A stretch of DNA of 20,000 nucleotides from an uncultured virus (IMG/VR IMGVR_UViG_3300031787_000074). Taxonomy: Duplodnaviria; Heunggongvirae; Uroviricota; Caudoviricetes. Positions 1 through 8,400 of this stretch are shown one piece after another. The notes beneath the pieces are model-generated. The model did no database searches. It was given only the letters and a program-made list of their open reading frames with translations, and was not told the origin of the DNA. Every line of letters begins with the position of its first letter. The first letter of the stretch is position 1. A program made the translations under genes and the position numbers. The stretch lies in the IMG/VR virus record IMGVR_UViG_3300031787_000074; one strand, written 5' to 3'.

Positions 1-1608
1 TAGTGTGTTTATAACTTTAGGAGTTACCCTGGTTCCTATCGTGTAGTGAAGGACAGGCCTTTCCAGGTACTTACCTTTTGCCGATTTTGTTGAAAGTTTC
101 TGGTGTCCTGGCCTTGGCTGAAAAGTTTTCTCAAATAGATCGTAAGGAATAATGTCGTCAGGCATGAACTCTTCCAACTCGTCATTTAGCCTGACGTGGT
201 TGATAAGCCCTCTAGATAGCATTTCAATATTTCTTCTATGCGCGCCCAGCCCAGCTTCTTTCATTGCGTCTCTAAAACTTAGAACAAACTGCCTTCTTCC
301 TTCGCCTATTCCCTTGAACTTTACAAATTCAGCAGGGTTTGGAAGGCCGTCACTAAGCACATCTCCAGCTTCTACCTCATCTCCTATTTTGAACTTCATC
401 CCGGCTTCTGGATTTATGTAGTGAGGAACTTGTTTGATAAATATGAACTGCCCGCCGCTAGGAGCTTCGCGAACAGATTCTATTTTTCCATCTACTTGAG
501 CATGAGTTGCCCAGTAAGGAGACTGCTTGGGACTTTGAATCAACTGATTTAGCTGCTTGAAGCCTGATATGGACTTACCGCCAGCAACTCCGCCGCTGTG
601 TTTTGAGCTCAGGGTTCCTTGTGAGATTGGTTCGCTGAGTGCTTGCACCGCTGCAATGCCCACAAAGTCCCCAACAGCAGGTAAACCGCCACGCTCACGA
701 ACTCCAACATCTCTTGCATACAAGCCTCCGTCAGGAGCTCCTGTGGCTACAGGACTTCTGACTACCATCTTGGTTATTCCACGGCTGAGAAGGTCTTTCA
801 TGACCTTTGGAGTTATCAGCGTGTTTTTCTTATAGCCGCCTACTGGAACAGACAGAAGTGATCCTTCGTTGTCAGAATCGTCAACATCAACAGGCATTCC
901 TCTGCTGTCCGTATGCCCAGGATCTTCAGCGTCTCTGGCTGTGACTATGAGCCTGTGCCCTAACTGGTTTAGCTGTTTGGAAAAGAACCCAGAGTGTTGA
1001 ACAGAGAACTTGGTATCAACAACTCCCTTTCTGGCTCCGAAGCTTCCAGCAAAATACTCTGCTGGAGTTAGGCCTTTGGAGAAAGAGTTCAAAACTGGAA
1101 TAGGAATAGGCCTGTCTCTGTGGTCTGTGTACAGTAAGTCTCCGCCTCTCAAAGACTTAAGGTTTGAAGGCTTGCCTCTTGAACCAGACAAAACCTGCAG
1201 AGCCAAAGGGCTGTGCTCAGCTTTGGACTCGTTAAGAATGGCGTCTTCTAGAGGCTTCTGATAACTAAGAACAGTTTTGACAATCTCGTCGTTCTTTTCT
1301 TTCTCTGGAAGGTTTCTTGCCTGTATGGCTTGTATTCTTTTCTTTATTTCTAAAGCAGCTTCCTTGCCTGATACTGACGTCCTTAGAGAATCAAGTCCGA
1401 AAGAGAATCCTCCGGTCTTGTAAGCTACATCTCTACCAACGTCAAATAACTTCTTAAGCACATCCCTGTAGCTGTCTGGATCCTTCTCAGCTATCTGCTG
1501 CATCACTTTTTGAACAGTCTTACCGTCAAGAATACGATTATAGTCTCGATAGCTCTGAGGAAGAGCTTCGTTAACTAGCAGCTGACCTACAGTAGTTCTG
1601 ATAGACAT
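1..1608 (-). CDS. rpoC: RNA polymerase beta'-like subunit, C-terminal half (3'-partial, 536 codons visible; absent from the ORF track)
   Basis: Manual translation: ATG at 1608 (TGATG overlap with the upstream stop), no stop down to position 1. Starts MSIRTTVGQLLVNEALP (cf. TTVGR..FNE.LP). Contains SGSRG (cf. SGARG), F-loop/bridge helix PVLNSFSKGLTPAEYFAGSFGARKGVVDTKFSVQHSGFFSKQL (cf. [37 protein letters not shown]) and trigger loop VGIAAVQALSEPISQGTLSSKHSGG (cf. [25 protein letters not shown]). Confidence 0.93.
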   Translation of the reverse strand, partial: MSIRTTVGQLLVNEALPQSYRDYNRILDGKTVQKVMQQIAEKDPDSYRDVLKKLFDVGRDVAYKTGGFSFGLDSLRTSVSGKEAALEIKKRIQAIQARNLPEKEKNDEIVKTVLSYQKPLEDAILNESKAEHSPLALQVLSGSRGKPSNLKSLRGGDLLYTDHRDRPIPIPVLNSFSKGLTPAEYFAGSFGARKGVVDTKFSVQHSGFFSKQLNQLGHRLIVTARDAEDPGHTDSRGMPVDVDDSDNEGSLLSVPVGGYKKNTLITPKVMKDLLSRGITKMVVRSPVATGAPDGGLYARDVGVRERGGLPAVGDFVGIAAVQALSEPISQGTLSSKHSGGVAGGKSISGFKQLNQLIQSPKQSPYWATHAQVDGKIESVREAPSGGQFIFIKQVPHYINPEAGMKFKIGDEVEAGDVLSDGLPNPAEFVKFKGIGEGRRQFVLSFRDAMKEAGLGAHRRNIEMLSRGLINHVRLNDELEEFMPDDIIPYDLFEKTFQPRPGHQKLSTKSAKGKYLERPVLHYTIGTRVTPKVINTL

Positions 1609-1832
1609 CAGATATTGATCTCTTGGACATCGACGTCTGATTTAATGCCAAGTTTAGAGAGAATAGAATCAAACAAACCATTATCGCCTTTCTTGGCCTT
1701 GTACAAAGTGATTGTCCCAGGAGCTAGCTCAAGAACAACGATAATAGGCTGGCCAAAGCTATCGCGAATGACCAGCCTAGTAGCTTCTGCTTCTCCTGAA
1801 GATTGAAAACCGTTGTGATATTCCAGCTTCAA
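1608..1832 (-). CDS. hypothetical protein, 74 aa
   Basis: TTG start preceded by AAGGGG SD-like sequence; stop overlaps the ATG of the beta'-C gene (translational coupling); fills the gap in the operon. Confidence 0.7.
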   Translation of the reverse strand: MKLEYHNGFQSSGEAEATRLVIRDSFGQPIIVVLELAPGTITLYKAKKGDNGLFDSILSKLGIKSDVDVQEINI

Positions 1833-1842
1833 AGCTTCCCCT

Positions 1843-2574
1843 TTATCGTTTGAATCCCATTGCGTTGATCAAGCAGCGAACAGCTTCGGTTTTGTCTTTC
1901 AAGCTTGCTTCCTTCTTTCCGCCGATTGGATCAATTGGCTTGATAGGAGGAATGCCGCCAACGCTGGCATCGCTTCCTTGTTCTTTTGAAGGAACAACCG
2001 GCTCTTGAGCGTCTTCGCCTTCTGGTGCGGGCTTATCGAGAATGTCGTAAGGAAGATTTAGGCCTAGGCTTTCGTACAGATTGATTAGCAACTTTTGTTG
2101 CCTTTCCATGTACTCAAGCATCTGCGCGGGATCTACCTTGCCGCCGCCTTTTGCCTTTGGCTTTGCTGCCCCGTCAGGAGAAGCTCCGCCGAGAGCTGCC
2201 TGCACGGCATCAGTAACCATTTTCTTTATGTCATCAGGAGAAGGGGCTGGAGGAGCGCCGCCCATAGCCGCTGGATCCATAGGCGGAGCACCGCCCATCA
2301 TAGCTGGGTCCATAGGAGGAGCTCCGCCGCCACCCATGGCAGCCATCATTGCTGGATCCATAGGAGGAGCACCGCCCATCATGGAAGGATCCATTGGTGG
2401 AGCGCCTGGAGGAGCAGCTCCCATCATGGCTGGGTCCATAGGAGGAGCTCCGCCGGCAGCGGCTTGGTCCATGGGAGGAGCGCCAGGAGGAGCGCCACCG
2501 CCAGGAGGAACAAAAGCGTTCTTCAGAGCCATAGCCCTTTTGACTTCTTGTAGCAAAATTGGATTGATAGGCAT
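1843..2574 (-). CDS. Pro/Gly/Met-rich repeat protein, about 243 aa, possible virion internal protein
   Basis: Track ORF 1843-2646 re-started at ATG 2574 (MPINPILL), which has GGAG upstream and avoids overlapping the previous gene's stop at 2594. Contains six GAPPMD repeats after a leader ending VKRAMALKNA. Confidence 0.8.
   Translation of the reverse strand: MPINPILLQEVKRAMALKNAFVPPGGGAPPGAPPMDQAAAGGAPPMDPAMMGAAPPGAPPMDPSMMGGAPPMDPAMMAAMGGGGAPPMDPAMMGGAPPMDPAAMGGAPPAPSPDDIKKMVTDAVQAALGGASPDGAAKPKAKGGGKVDPAQMLEYMERQQKLLINLYESLGLNLPYDILDKPAPEGEDAQEPVVPSKEQGSDASVGGIPPIKPIDPIGGKKEASLKDKTEAVRCLINAMGFKR
2248..2500 (-). repeat. coding repeat, six imperfect copies of GGAPPMDPAMM
   Basis: Translation GAPPMDQAAAGGAPPMDPAMMGAAPPGAPPMDPSMMGGAPPMDPAMMAAMGGGGAPPMDPAMMGGAPPMDPAAMGGAPP; codons vary between copies; boundaries approximate. 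Confidence 0.9.
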
Positions 2575-2593
2575 TGATAGCTCCGTATTTAAA

Positions 2594-3559
2594 TTATCTA
2601 GCTCCCGCGCCGATCGGCCCAGAATGACCTTTTTCAAACTTATCAAGAAAATGACTCATAGCCCAGTTGTATTCGTCGCTAGACAAAGGCCGTCCGTACA
2701 TTTGATTGAATACTTGCCGAGCTGGAGCCATAGGAACTCTGTTAGCGTAAGTCCTATTCCTTGGATCAGGAGCGCTGACGCCAGCATAGAAGTTAGGAAT
2801 CATAAAATCGTTATCTTTGTCCTGAAACTTGTCAGGCATCTTAGAGTTTTTAAGCGCAGAAGATTCAAACATCTGCCTATGAGGGTGATAGCTCAAAGAA
2901 GCCCCGTAGCTGCCTTCAGGAAAGGGCTGAGGCTCAAGAGTTGTGCCTCCGGCATTGACCGTAAGCATCTGAGACAAGTTCTTATTTGAGCTAGGAGCTC
3001 TTCTGCTCTGGCTAAGCATAGCCTTGTTGTTTGCTGAAGCCATCTCCTGAGGGCTCATGGTTGGAGGAACCATGTTTGGAACGCCTCTATTGCCTGCAGG
3101 GGCTACAGCCGAAGGAGGACGGCTTGGAGTGGTTACAGGCCTACTGGGCGTTGGAGCAGATATAGCTCCAGGAAGACTAGCTGGACTTACAGCTGGGCTA
3201 GGCGCTGCTGGAGTCATTCCTGGAACTGTGGGAGATACTGACCCAGGAAGGGCAGATGGAGTAACTGGAGGAGTAGGAGCTGGAAGGCTGCTACTCCTCA
3301 GATGGTTTTGCAAAGAAGCCAAGGCGTCTTGGTTCATCCTGGCCATATGTGCCACTTCTGCGTCTTGCCTAGCCCTGTGCGCGGTAGCACTGGATTGGGC
3401 ATTTCTAAGATGGCCAGCTATGGTGTTACCAGACACGTCGGTTAGAGGAGCCGTTGACGGAGTTGCCGGAGTGGCTGGAGTTCCTGAGTCTTGAGCCGCT
3501 TTAATCATGTGTTTGGCTAAAGCGGCCTTAACCATAATCAACTTAAATGTGTCAATCAC
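2594..3559 (-). CDS. Pro/Ala/Ser/Thr-rich hypothetical protein, 321 aa, with helical N-terminal leader
   Basis: GTG start with AAGGAG SD; leader MIDTFKLIMVKAALAKHMIKAA followed by low-complexity sequence; no Cys. Confidence 0.8.
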   Translation of the reverse strand: MIDTFKLIMVKAALAKHMIKAAQDSGTPATPATPSTAPLTDVSGNTIAGHLRNAQSSATAHRARQDAEVAHMARMNQDALASLQNHLRSSSLPAPTPPVTPSALPGSVSPTVPGMTPAAPSPAVSPASLPGAISAPTPSRPVTTPSRPPSAVAPAGNRGVPNMVPPTMSPQEMASANNKAMLSQSRRAPSSNKNLSQMLTVNAGGTTLEPQPFPEGSYGASLSYHPHRQMFESSALKNSKMPDKFQDKDNDFMIPNFYAGVSAPDPRNRTYANRVPMAPARQVFNQMYGRPLSSDEYNWAMSHFLDKFEKGHSGPIGAGAR

Positions 3560-3582
3560 GGCTTCTCCTTGTTCTTATAAAC

Positions 3583-4341
3583 TTATTTGTTTCTAGCTAC
3601 GCCTGGCATGTCTACGTTTAGCTTCGATGGAGACGTGCTAAAAGGAGTTTGAACTGGAGGGAAGACAGAGGATGGTCTAGAGGATGCTATGTTTCTCTGC
3701 CCTTGCGCAGCCCTGCCTTGCTGATAGTTGGCGTATTCATTTGGCATTATACTTCTGCCACCTGCAGCCACGCCCACAGGATTTTGAAAAGCCTCTGGGT
3801 CAATCAAAGCTGTTCCCATTCGGTCTAGCATGGGAGAACCGCTATTCTGCCCCAAAGAAGCTAAGTAGCCTAGAGGACTGGAGCTAGCGTGTTCCACGTG
3901 CTTCTTTATGGTCGCAGCGTTATCTATTGCTGACCTTCCAAAGTTAGCTGCGCCAGAAGCCGCGTTAGCCAGATAGCTTCCAGCATCTCTCATGCTGTTT
4001 CTTACATTCTCAGACCTAGTTAAGTCGTCTAGAGCTCTGGCCGTAGCGTAATCCGGAGCAGCCATGCTGGCTCCGGGTTTTAGACCTGTTACAAGCTGCC
4101 CTCTTCCTAGAGCCTGCTGTCTACGATTGGCTTGAATAGCCAAGTCGGCAGAAGTAGGACCAGAAGTAGGAGGCACTCTAGAAGAAGCTATAGCCTTGTC
4201 TACAGAAGTAGGAGCGGGCTTAGGCGCATTAACGCTAGCAGGGTTAGGTCCTTCTGGAGGAAAAACAGGAGGAGCGGCCTGTTTAATTAACTTAGCCGCT
4301 GCCTCTTTTACCTGCTGAATAGCCTTGTAGTTGAAAGCCAT
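3583..4341 (-). CDS. MAFNYKAI-leader protein 1, 252 aa
   Basis: ATG with GAGGA SD; N-terminus MAFNYKAIQQVKEAAAKLIKQAA shared with two neighbours; remainder Ala/Pro/Ser-rich. Confidence 0.85.
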   Translation of the reverse strand: MAFNYKAIQQVKEAAAKLIKQAAPPVFPPEGPNPASVNAPKPAPTSVDKAIASSRVPPTSGPTSADLAIQANRRQQALGRGQLVTGLKPGASMAAPDYATARALDDLTRSENVRNSMRDAGSYLANAASGAANFGRSAIDNAATIKKHVEHASSSPLGYLASLGQNSGSPMLDRMGTALIDPEAFQNPVGVAAGGRSIMPNEYANYQQGRAAQGQRNIASSRPSSVFPPVQTPFSTSPSKLNVDMPGVARNK

Positions 4342-4829
4342 CTTAGTATCCTCAGGGTTAGAGCTTTAAAAACTACTAAAAAATTACTTAGATAACCTAG
4401 CTTTAGGTAATCCGTACAACTCATCTTCTATATTTTTTGGCATGGGCAGCGCGAAATTGCTAGTTGGAACCGAATAAACTCCTCTTGGCTGGTAGTGCAT
4501 GGCTCTGCGAGCCATGTCCAGGGTAGTAGGCGATGTTAGCATGTTCTCTACTTGAGCTCTATCTTTACCTATGGACACCGCGTCTTCTTTTTTCCCAGAC
4601 TCCAAAGCTTTAATTTGCTTTTCTAAAAGTCTCTTAGCGAAGTCTTTTTGAATATCAATAAAGTTACTCATACCCTGGTCATTTGGATAATTTCTAGCGG
4701 CAAGACCGGCGTCTCCTGGAGCTCCTAGAGTAGATTTAAGTTTTACTGCTTCATTTTTATCTGCAGATAATTTAACTGCAGCTTTTTTAACTTGTTCAAT
4801 AGCCTTGTAGTTGAAAGCCATCTTAGTAT
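4318..4829. repeat. 32-bp exact direct repeat (4318-4349 and 4798-4829) covering the RBS spacer and codons MAFNYKAI
   Basis: aatagccttgtagttgaaagccatcttagtat occurs identically twice, 480 bp apart. Confidence 0.95.
4384..4821 (-). CDS. MAFNYKAI-leader protein 2, 145 aa
   Basis: ATG with AGGA SD; N-terminus MAFNYKAIEQVKKAAVKLSA. Confidence 0.85.
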   Translation of the reverse strand: MAFNYKAIEQVKKAAVKLSADKNEAVKLKSTLGAPGDAGLAARNYPNDQGMSNFIDIQKDFAKRLLEKQIKALESGKKEDAVSIGKDRAQVENMLTSPTTLDMARRAMHYQPRGVYSVPTSNFALPMPKNIEDELYGLPKARLSK

Positions 4830-4876
4830 TCCTAACTTTAAAACTGCGTTGGCTACGGAAGTAAAACGTATCTAGA

Positions 4877-4905
4877 AGTATAAACTGCTTTATAGCTTAC
4901 AGCAA
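4877..4905 (-). promoter_or_regulatory. sigma70-like promoter candidate TTGCTG-N17-TATACT
   Basis: Lies in the 123-bp intergenic gap upstream of ATG 4821; correct 17-bp spacing; AT-rich context makes a chance match possible. Confidence 0.4.
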
Positions 4906-4944
4906 TCAGCCTTTTACTAACAATTTTTACCTTGGCTTTTACCA

Positions 4945-5415
4945 TTAATACCCGTAGTTAACTTTACCTGTGCCAAGACTTGGCAAACCTACGCCTTTTA
5001 GAAAAGCTTGCCTATGCAAATTGTTGAATGGAGTTTTTGACAATTCTGTCGGTAACGTTTGATAAGTAGGGTATGGAACAATTTGACGATAGTTTTCTGA
5101 TCCAGGCATGGAGTATTGATACGGGTTTACGGGTTTATTTAGCGCCTCTGTACTGGCTGCGTGTCGCGTTTCTGGAAGATTTCTAGAGCCTTCCAACATT
5201 TTTTGTTTTCTTTCTGTTTCAGAAAGCCACTTTATGCCAGGCTCAGGCGCTTTTTGATAAGTAGGAAGACCTATAGCGTCTCCTCCGTAACCTGGAGGAA
5301 TAATTTGCGGTTTAGTCGCACTGCTGGCAGTAGGTTTTAAAGTAGCCGCAGATTCAGCAGCCCTTTTTGCCAGAGCTTCTTTAACCATTGAAATAGCTTT
5401 GTAATTAAAAGGCAT
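4945..5415 (-). CDS. MPFNYKAI-leader protein 3, 156 aa
   Basis: N-terminus MPFNYKAISMVKEALAKRAA; GGGTGA SD-like sequence supplied by the 12-bp repeat. Confidence 0.85.
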   Translation of the reverse strand: MPFNYKAISMVKEALAKRAAESAATLKPTASSATKPQIIPPGYGGDAIGLPTYQKAPEPGIKWLSETERKQKMLEGSRNLPETRHAASTEALNKPVNPYQYSMPGSENYRQIVPYPTYQTLPTELSKTPFNNLHRQAFLKGVGLPSLGTGKVNYGY

Positions 5416-5418
5416 GGC

Positions 5419-5464
5419 TTCACCCTAGTTTACACCCTAGTTTTCACCCTAGTTTTCACCCTAG
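5419..5464. repeat. 12-bp tandem repeat, about 3.8 copies (minus strand AACTAGGGTGAA)
   Basis: Plus strand ttcaccctagtt tacaccctagtt ttcaccctagtt ttcaccctag; occupies nearly the whole spacer and includes the TAG stop of the RNAP gene. Confidence 0.95.
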
Positions 5465-8400
5465 CTGTTTAGAATTACCACTTTCTGATCAGGCCCAATT
5501 TCTCCTGACTTATAAGCCCTGATTGCGTCGGCTTTTGTGGCAAAATACCGTTCTGGTTTATTAGACACGAAGGCCGTTGCCTGATAAAGACCGCCTTGAT
5601 ACTCGTTCTTTGGCAGCTGGTGAACTTTAAACGTTTTAGTTGATAGCAAATTCTTGCTAGGCAACATCTTTTCAAGAGCGTCTTTGACAGCTCCATCAGA
5701 CACAGGAACGTGGTAGTTCATGGTGTCGCCATCAAAGTCGGCACCAAATCCCGTAACCACAGCTGGGCATAACTGCATTGTTTCGTTGTCTACAAGTATT
5801 GGCTTGAAGGCCATAACGCCATACCTGTGAAGAACTGGAGCTCTGTTGATAATCACAGGCCTGTCGTTCATCTCTTGCTGCATAGCTGTCAGAGCTAACT
5901 TGTCTTTGTTCTGCACAAGTTCTGCTGCCCTAATCGGAGAAACTCCTTGTCTGGCCAGTCTTCTTACAATAAATGGTTTATATATTTCCCAAGCTTTGTT
6001 GATAGGAATGCCTACTTGATCTAAATCCAGATTGGCGTTTGGAGAGATAACGCCTCTGCCAACAACGTCTACTGTCGTGCTTAGCAACTTGCGCTGCATA
6101 ACAGAGAACTTAGGATTATCGCCAAACACGTATTTGAGAACGCCTTTGACTCCGCGCTCTTGGTTCTTGGGACTTATTGGATCACCAAGTCCCGTGACTG
6201 CTTTGAATGACCTATATAGAGCTAAGCGCTCATCTCCAACTTCGTTGGATATTCTTCTGGTTTCTTTCAAAGCCTGGTTAGCTTCAAAAGCTTCCTTATA
6301 CAGGTAATTAGGATCAGCCACCAAAGGTCTGTCGCCAGATCCCATAACAGCCACAGGGCGGAATATTGGTGGAAGGACTGGAATCTTGTCCATCATCCAA
6401 TCTTTTGGATGCATCTTCAGCCTTTGGGTGTGTTTCAGAATCGCCCAGCGCTTTAGAGCTGCATCTTTCGATGACTTCTTCGAGTTTCTCCATTCTGTTT
6501 CTGCTCTCTTTGTTGCCTCGTTGATGTCAATTCTTTCCAAAGACTTCTTTATAGCCTCTGGACCGGACATTTCATTGAACGTCTCTTTTCCAGAAAGTAT
6601 GGCGTTGAACCTGTTTTGAGTCAGGCCGAGTATTCTGCGAATAGGCTCTTCCATGACAGGATTGGGCAAAGGCTCAGCTAACTTTATGTAGCTCCATCTA
6701 TTTCCTCCATGTCCTCCTGTTGTTGATTCGTCAAACAATCCTCCCTTTATGGGCTTCAAGCCTTCCTTCCAGTCCACAGTTTCAGGAGAAGTTATTTCCC
6801 TTCCTGCAGCTAATTGGTCTATATCCTTGTTGGTCAAGGCCATGATCTGAATTCTTGGCCCAGTTCTTATTGGGTTTATGCCTGCAGACCTGAGTTGTTC
6901 AAAGAACTTATGGTATACGAGAGGAATTCTTGGCTCAGGAGGAGTTCTACCGGACATGAATGCTGCCCAGTAGTCTTGATTTTTTTGTCCTCTAATAGCT
7001 CCGGCATCGGTAAGAACATCCAAAGCTCCATGGGAAAGAAGGGCGTTGTTGTCAGCAAGGCTTACGCGCTTGCTTCCCATTGGACCGCCTTTAGCTGGAG
7101 ATTCCTCAGAGGTGTAAGAACCCAAACCACGACCAGAGCCTTTGCTCTCAGCCATGTGGTGCAACTTCATGAAGAAGCGATTTCCTGTGAATACGTCCCT
7201 TATTTTTGTGCTGTCTATTGGATCCAGTATGTCTTCCCTGTCAGACATGTTGTGCTTGGATAGTTCTTTTTTGGCGAACTCTATCATGTCTTCTATGTCA
7301 GAAAAGTCTTTTACGGCGTATCTCTTACCGTGCTTTTCAGCTATTTTTCCCAGAACCGCTTCTACCATCTGACCAGGATTTGTTCTGGAAATAATGCCCA
7401 AGGGGTTTACCAGAACCTCAAAAGGTCTTCCGTCGCTATCTACAGGCATGTGGTTGTCTGGAACTATCTCAGAAATTACTCCCTTGTCTCCATACCTTCC
7501 AGAAAGCTTGTCGCCAACCTGCATTTGGGAGTAGCTCTTTACTGTTACGACTACGCCTTTCCTGGTTTTCTCTACGTCTGTAACCACTCCTTTGTCGTGA
7601 TGATCCCAAGTTACAGTGCTGTCTGAAAAAGTAGGAGCCTTGCCTCTGGTTATTTGATTGTGCGCCAGCTCTTTCTGCTTAACCTGAAGAATAAGAGGAG
7701 TATCGGCATTTACTATTGAGCCCTTCTTGATTACTCCGTCCTCATCCATGTTGTCCAGGATGGCTTTGTCGTAAGTGCCTGGGAACATGGATATAAAAGT
7801 TTTCTTTCCGTATTTGGCGTTATCCTCAAACTCCACGTCGTTTTGATACATGTGTTCTGAGGAAAGACGCTTGGCAGCTGCCTCAGATATAACTATGGCG
7901 TCTTCAAAGTTCTGACCTTTATAGGGAATGTAGGCAGTACGCATGTTCAGACCCAAAGCCGTAGCGCCTTTGGCGTCTGTAAAGTTAGACCTGGCAATAA
8001 GAGTATTCTTCTTTACCATGTCTCCAGGCATAACTACAGGCGTGTTATGAAGATAAGTCTTTCTGTTGTAAGGAAGGTTGTCATGTATTTCTTTAACATG
8101 CACCTTGCCATCAGATCCCTTTATGTGAATCTCTTCTGGAGTAACCTTAACAACTTGTCCTTCTACGTCGGAATGTACCGCGCCCATGTACTTGCCGTAT
8201 CTTTCCTCATACGACTCGTCATCAGGACCTGGAACACCTGACTGAACAAACGGGGATTCGGCGTTTGCAATAGGCAAAGCCTGTGTAAGCATTCTCGCGC
8301 CCATCATCACGCGCTGGCCTTTGATGGTGGATTTGAGAGGAATCATGTTTACCAGAGGATTGAACGAGTCTTCCATGTGTGGAAGAACGTATTCAACCTG

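Noticed and set aside
550..980. KQLNQL occurs twice in beta'-C
   Set aside because: The two copies map to different conserved helices (end of bridge helix, second trigger helix) and the match is short; probably coincidental.
152..1806. Plus-strand ORFs 152-421, 557-835, 1010-1261 and 1615-1806
   Set aside because: Antisense to the beta'-C gene and its coupled upstream gene.
2081..3494. Long plus-strand ORFs 2081-2989, 2095-2553 and 3057-3494
   Set aside because: Antisense shadows of GC-rich, low-complexity minus-strand genes that have SD sites and fit the operon.
1609..5460. Group I/II intron interrupting beta'
   Set aside because: Both halves have their own start and stop, the intervening DNA is fully occupied by SD-led ORFs, and no maturase, endonuclease or intron core was recognised.
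5419..5464. TAG recoding, readthrough joining the RNAP halves, or a telomere-like repeat
   Set aside because: Genes pack tightly under the standard code, the next ATG is out of frame, beta'-C is 3.9 kb away with its own start, and the unit is a 12-mer CTAGGG-type rather than TTAGGG.
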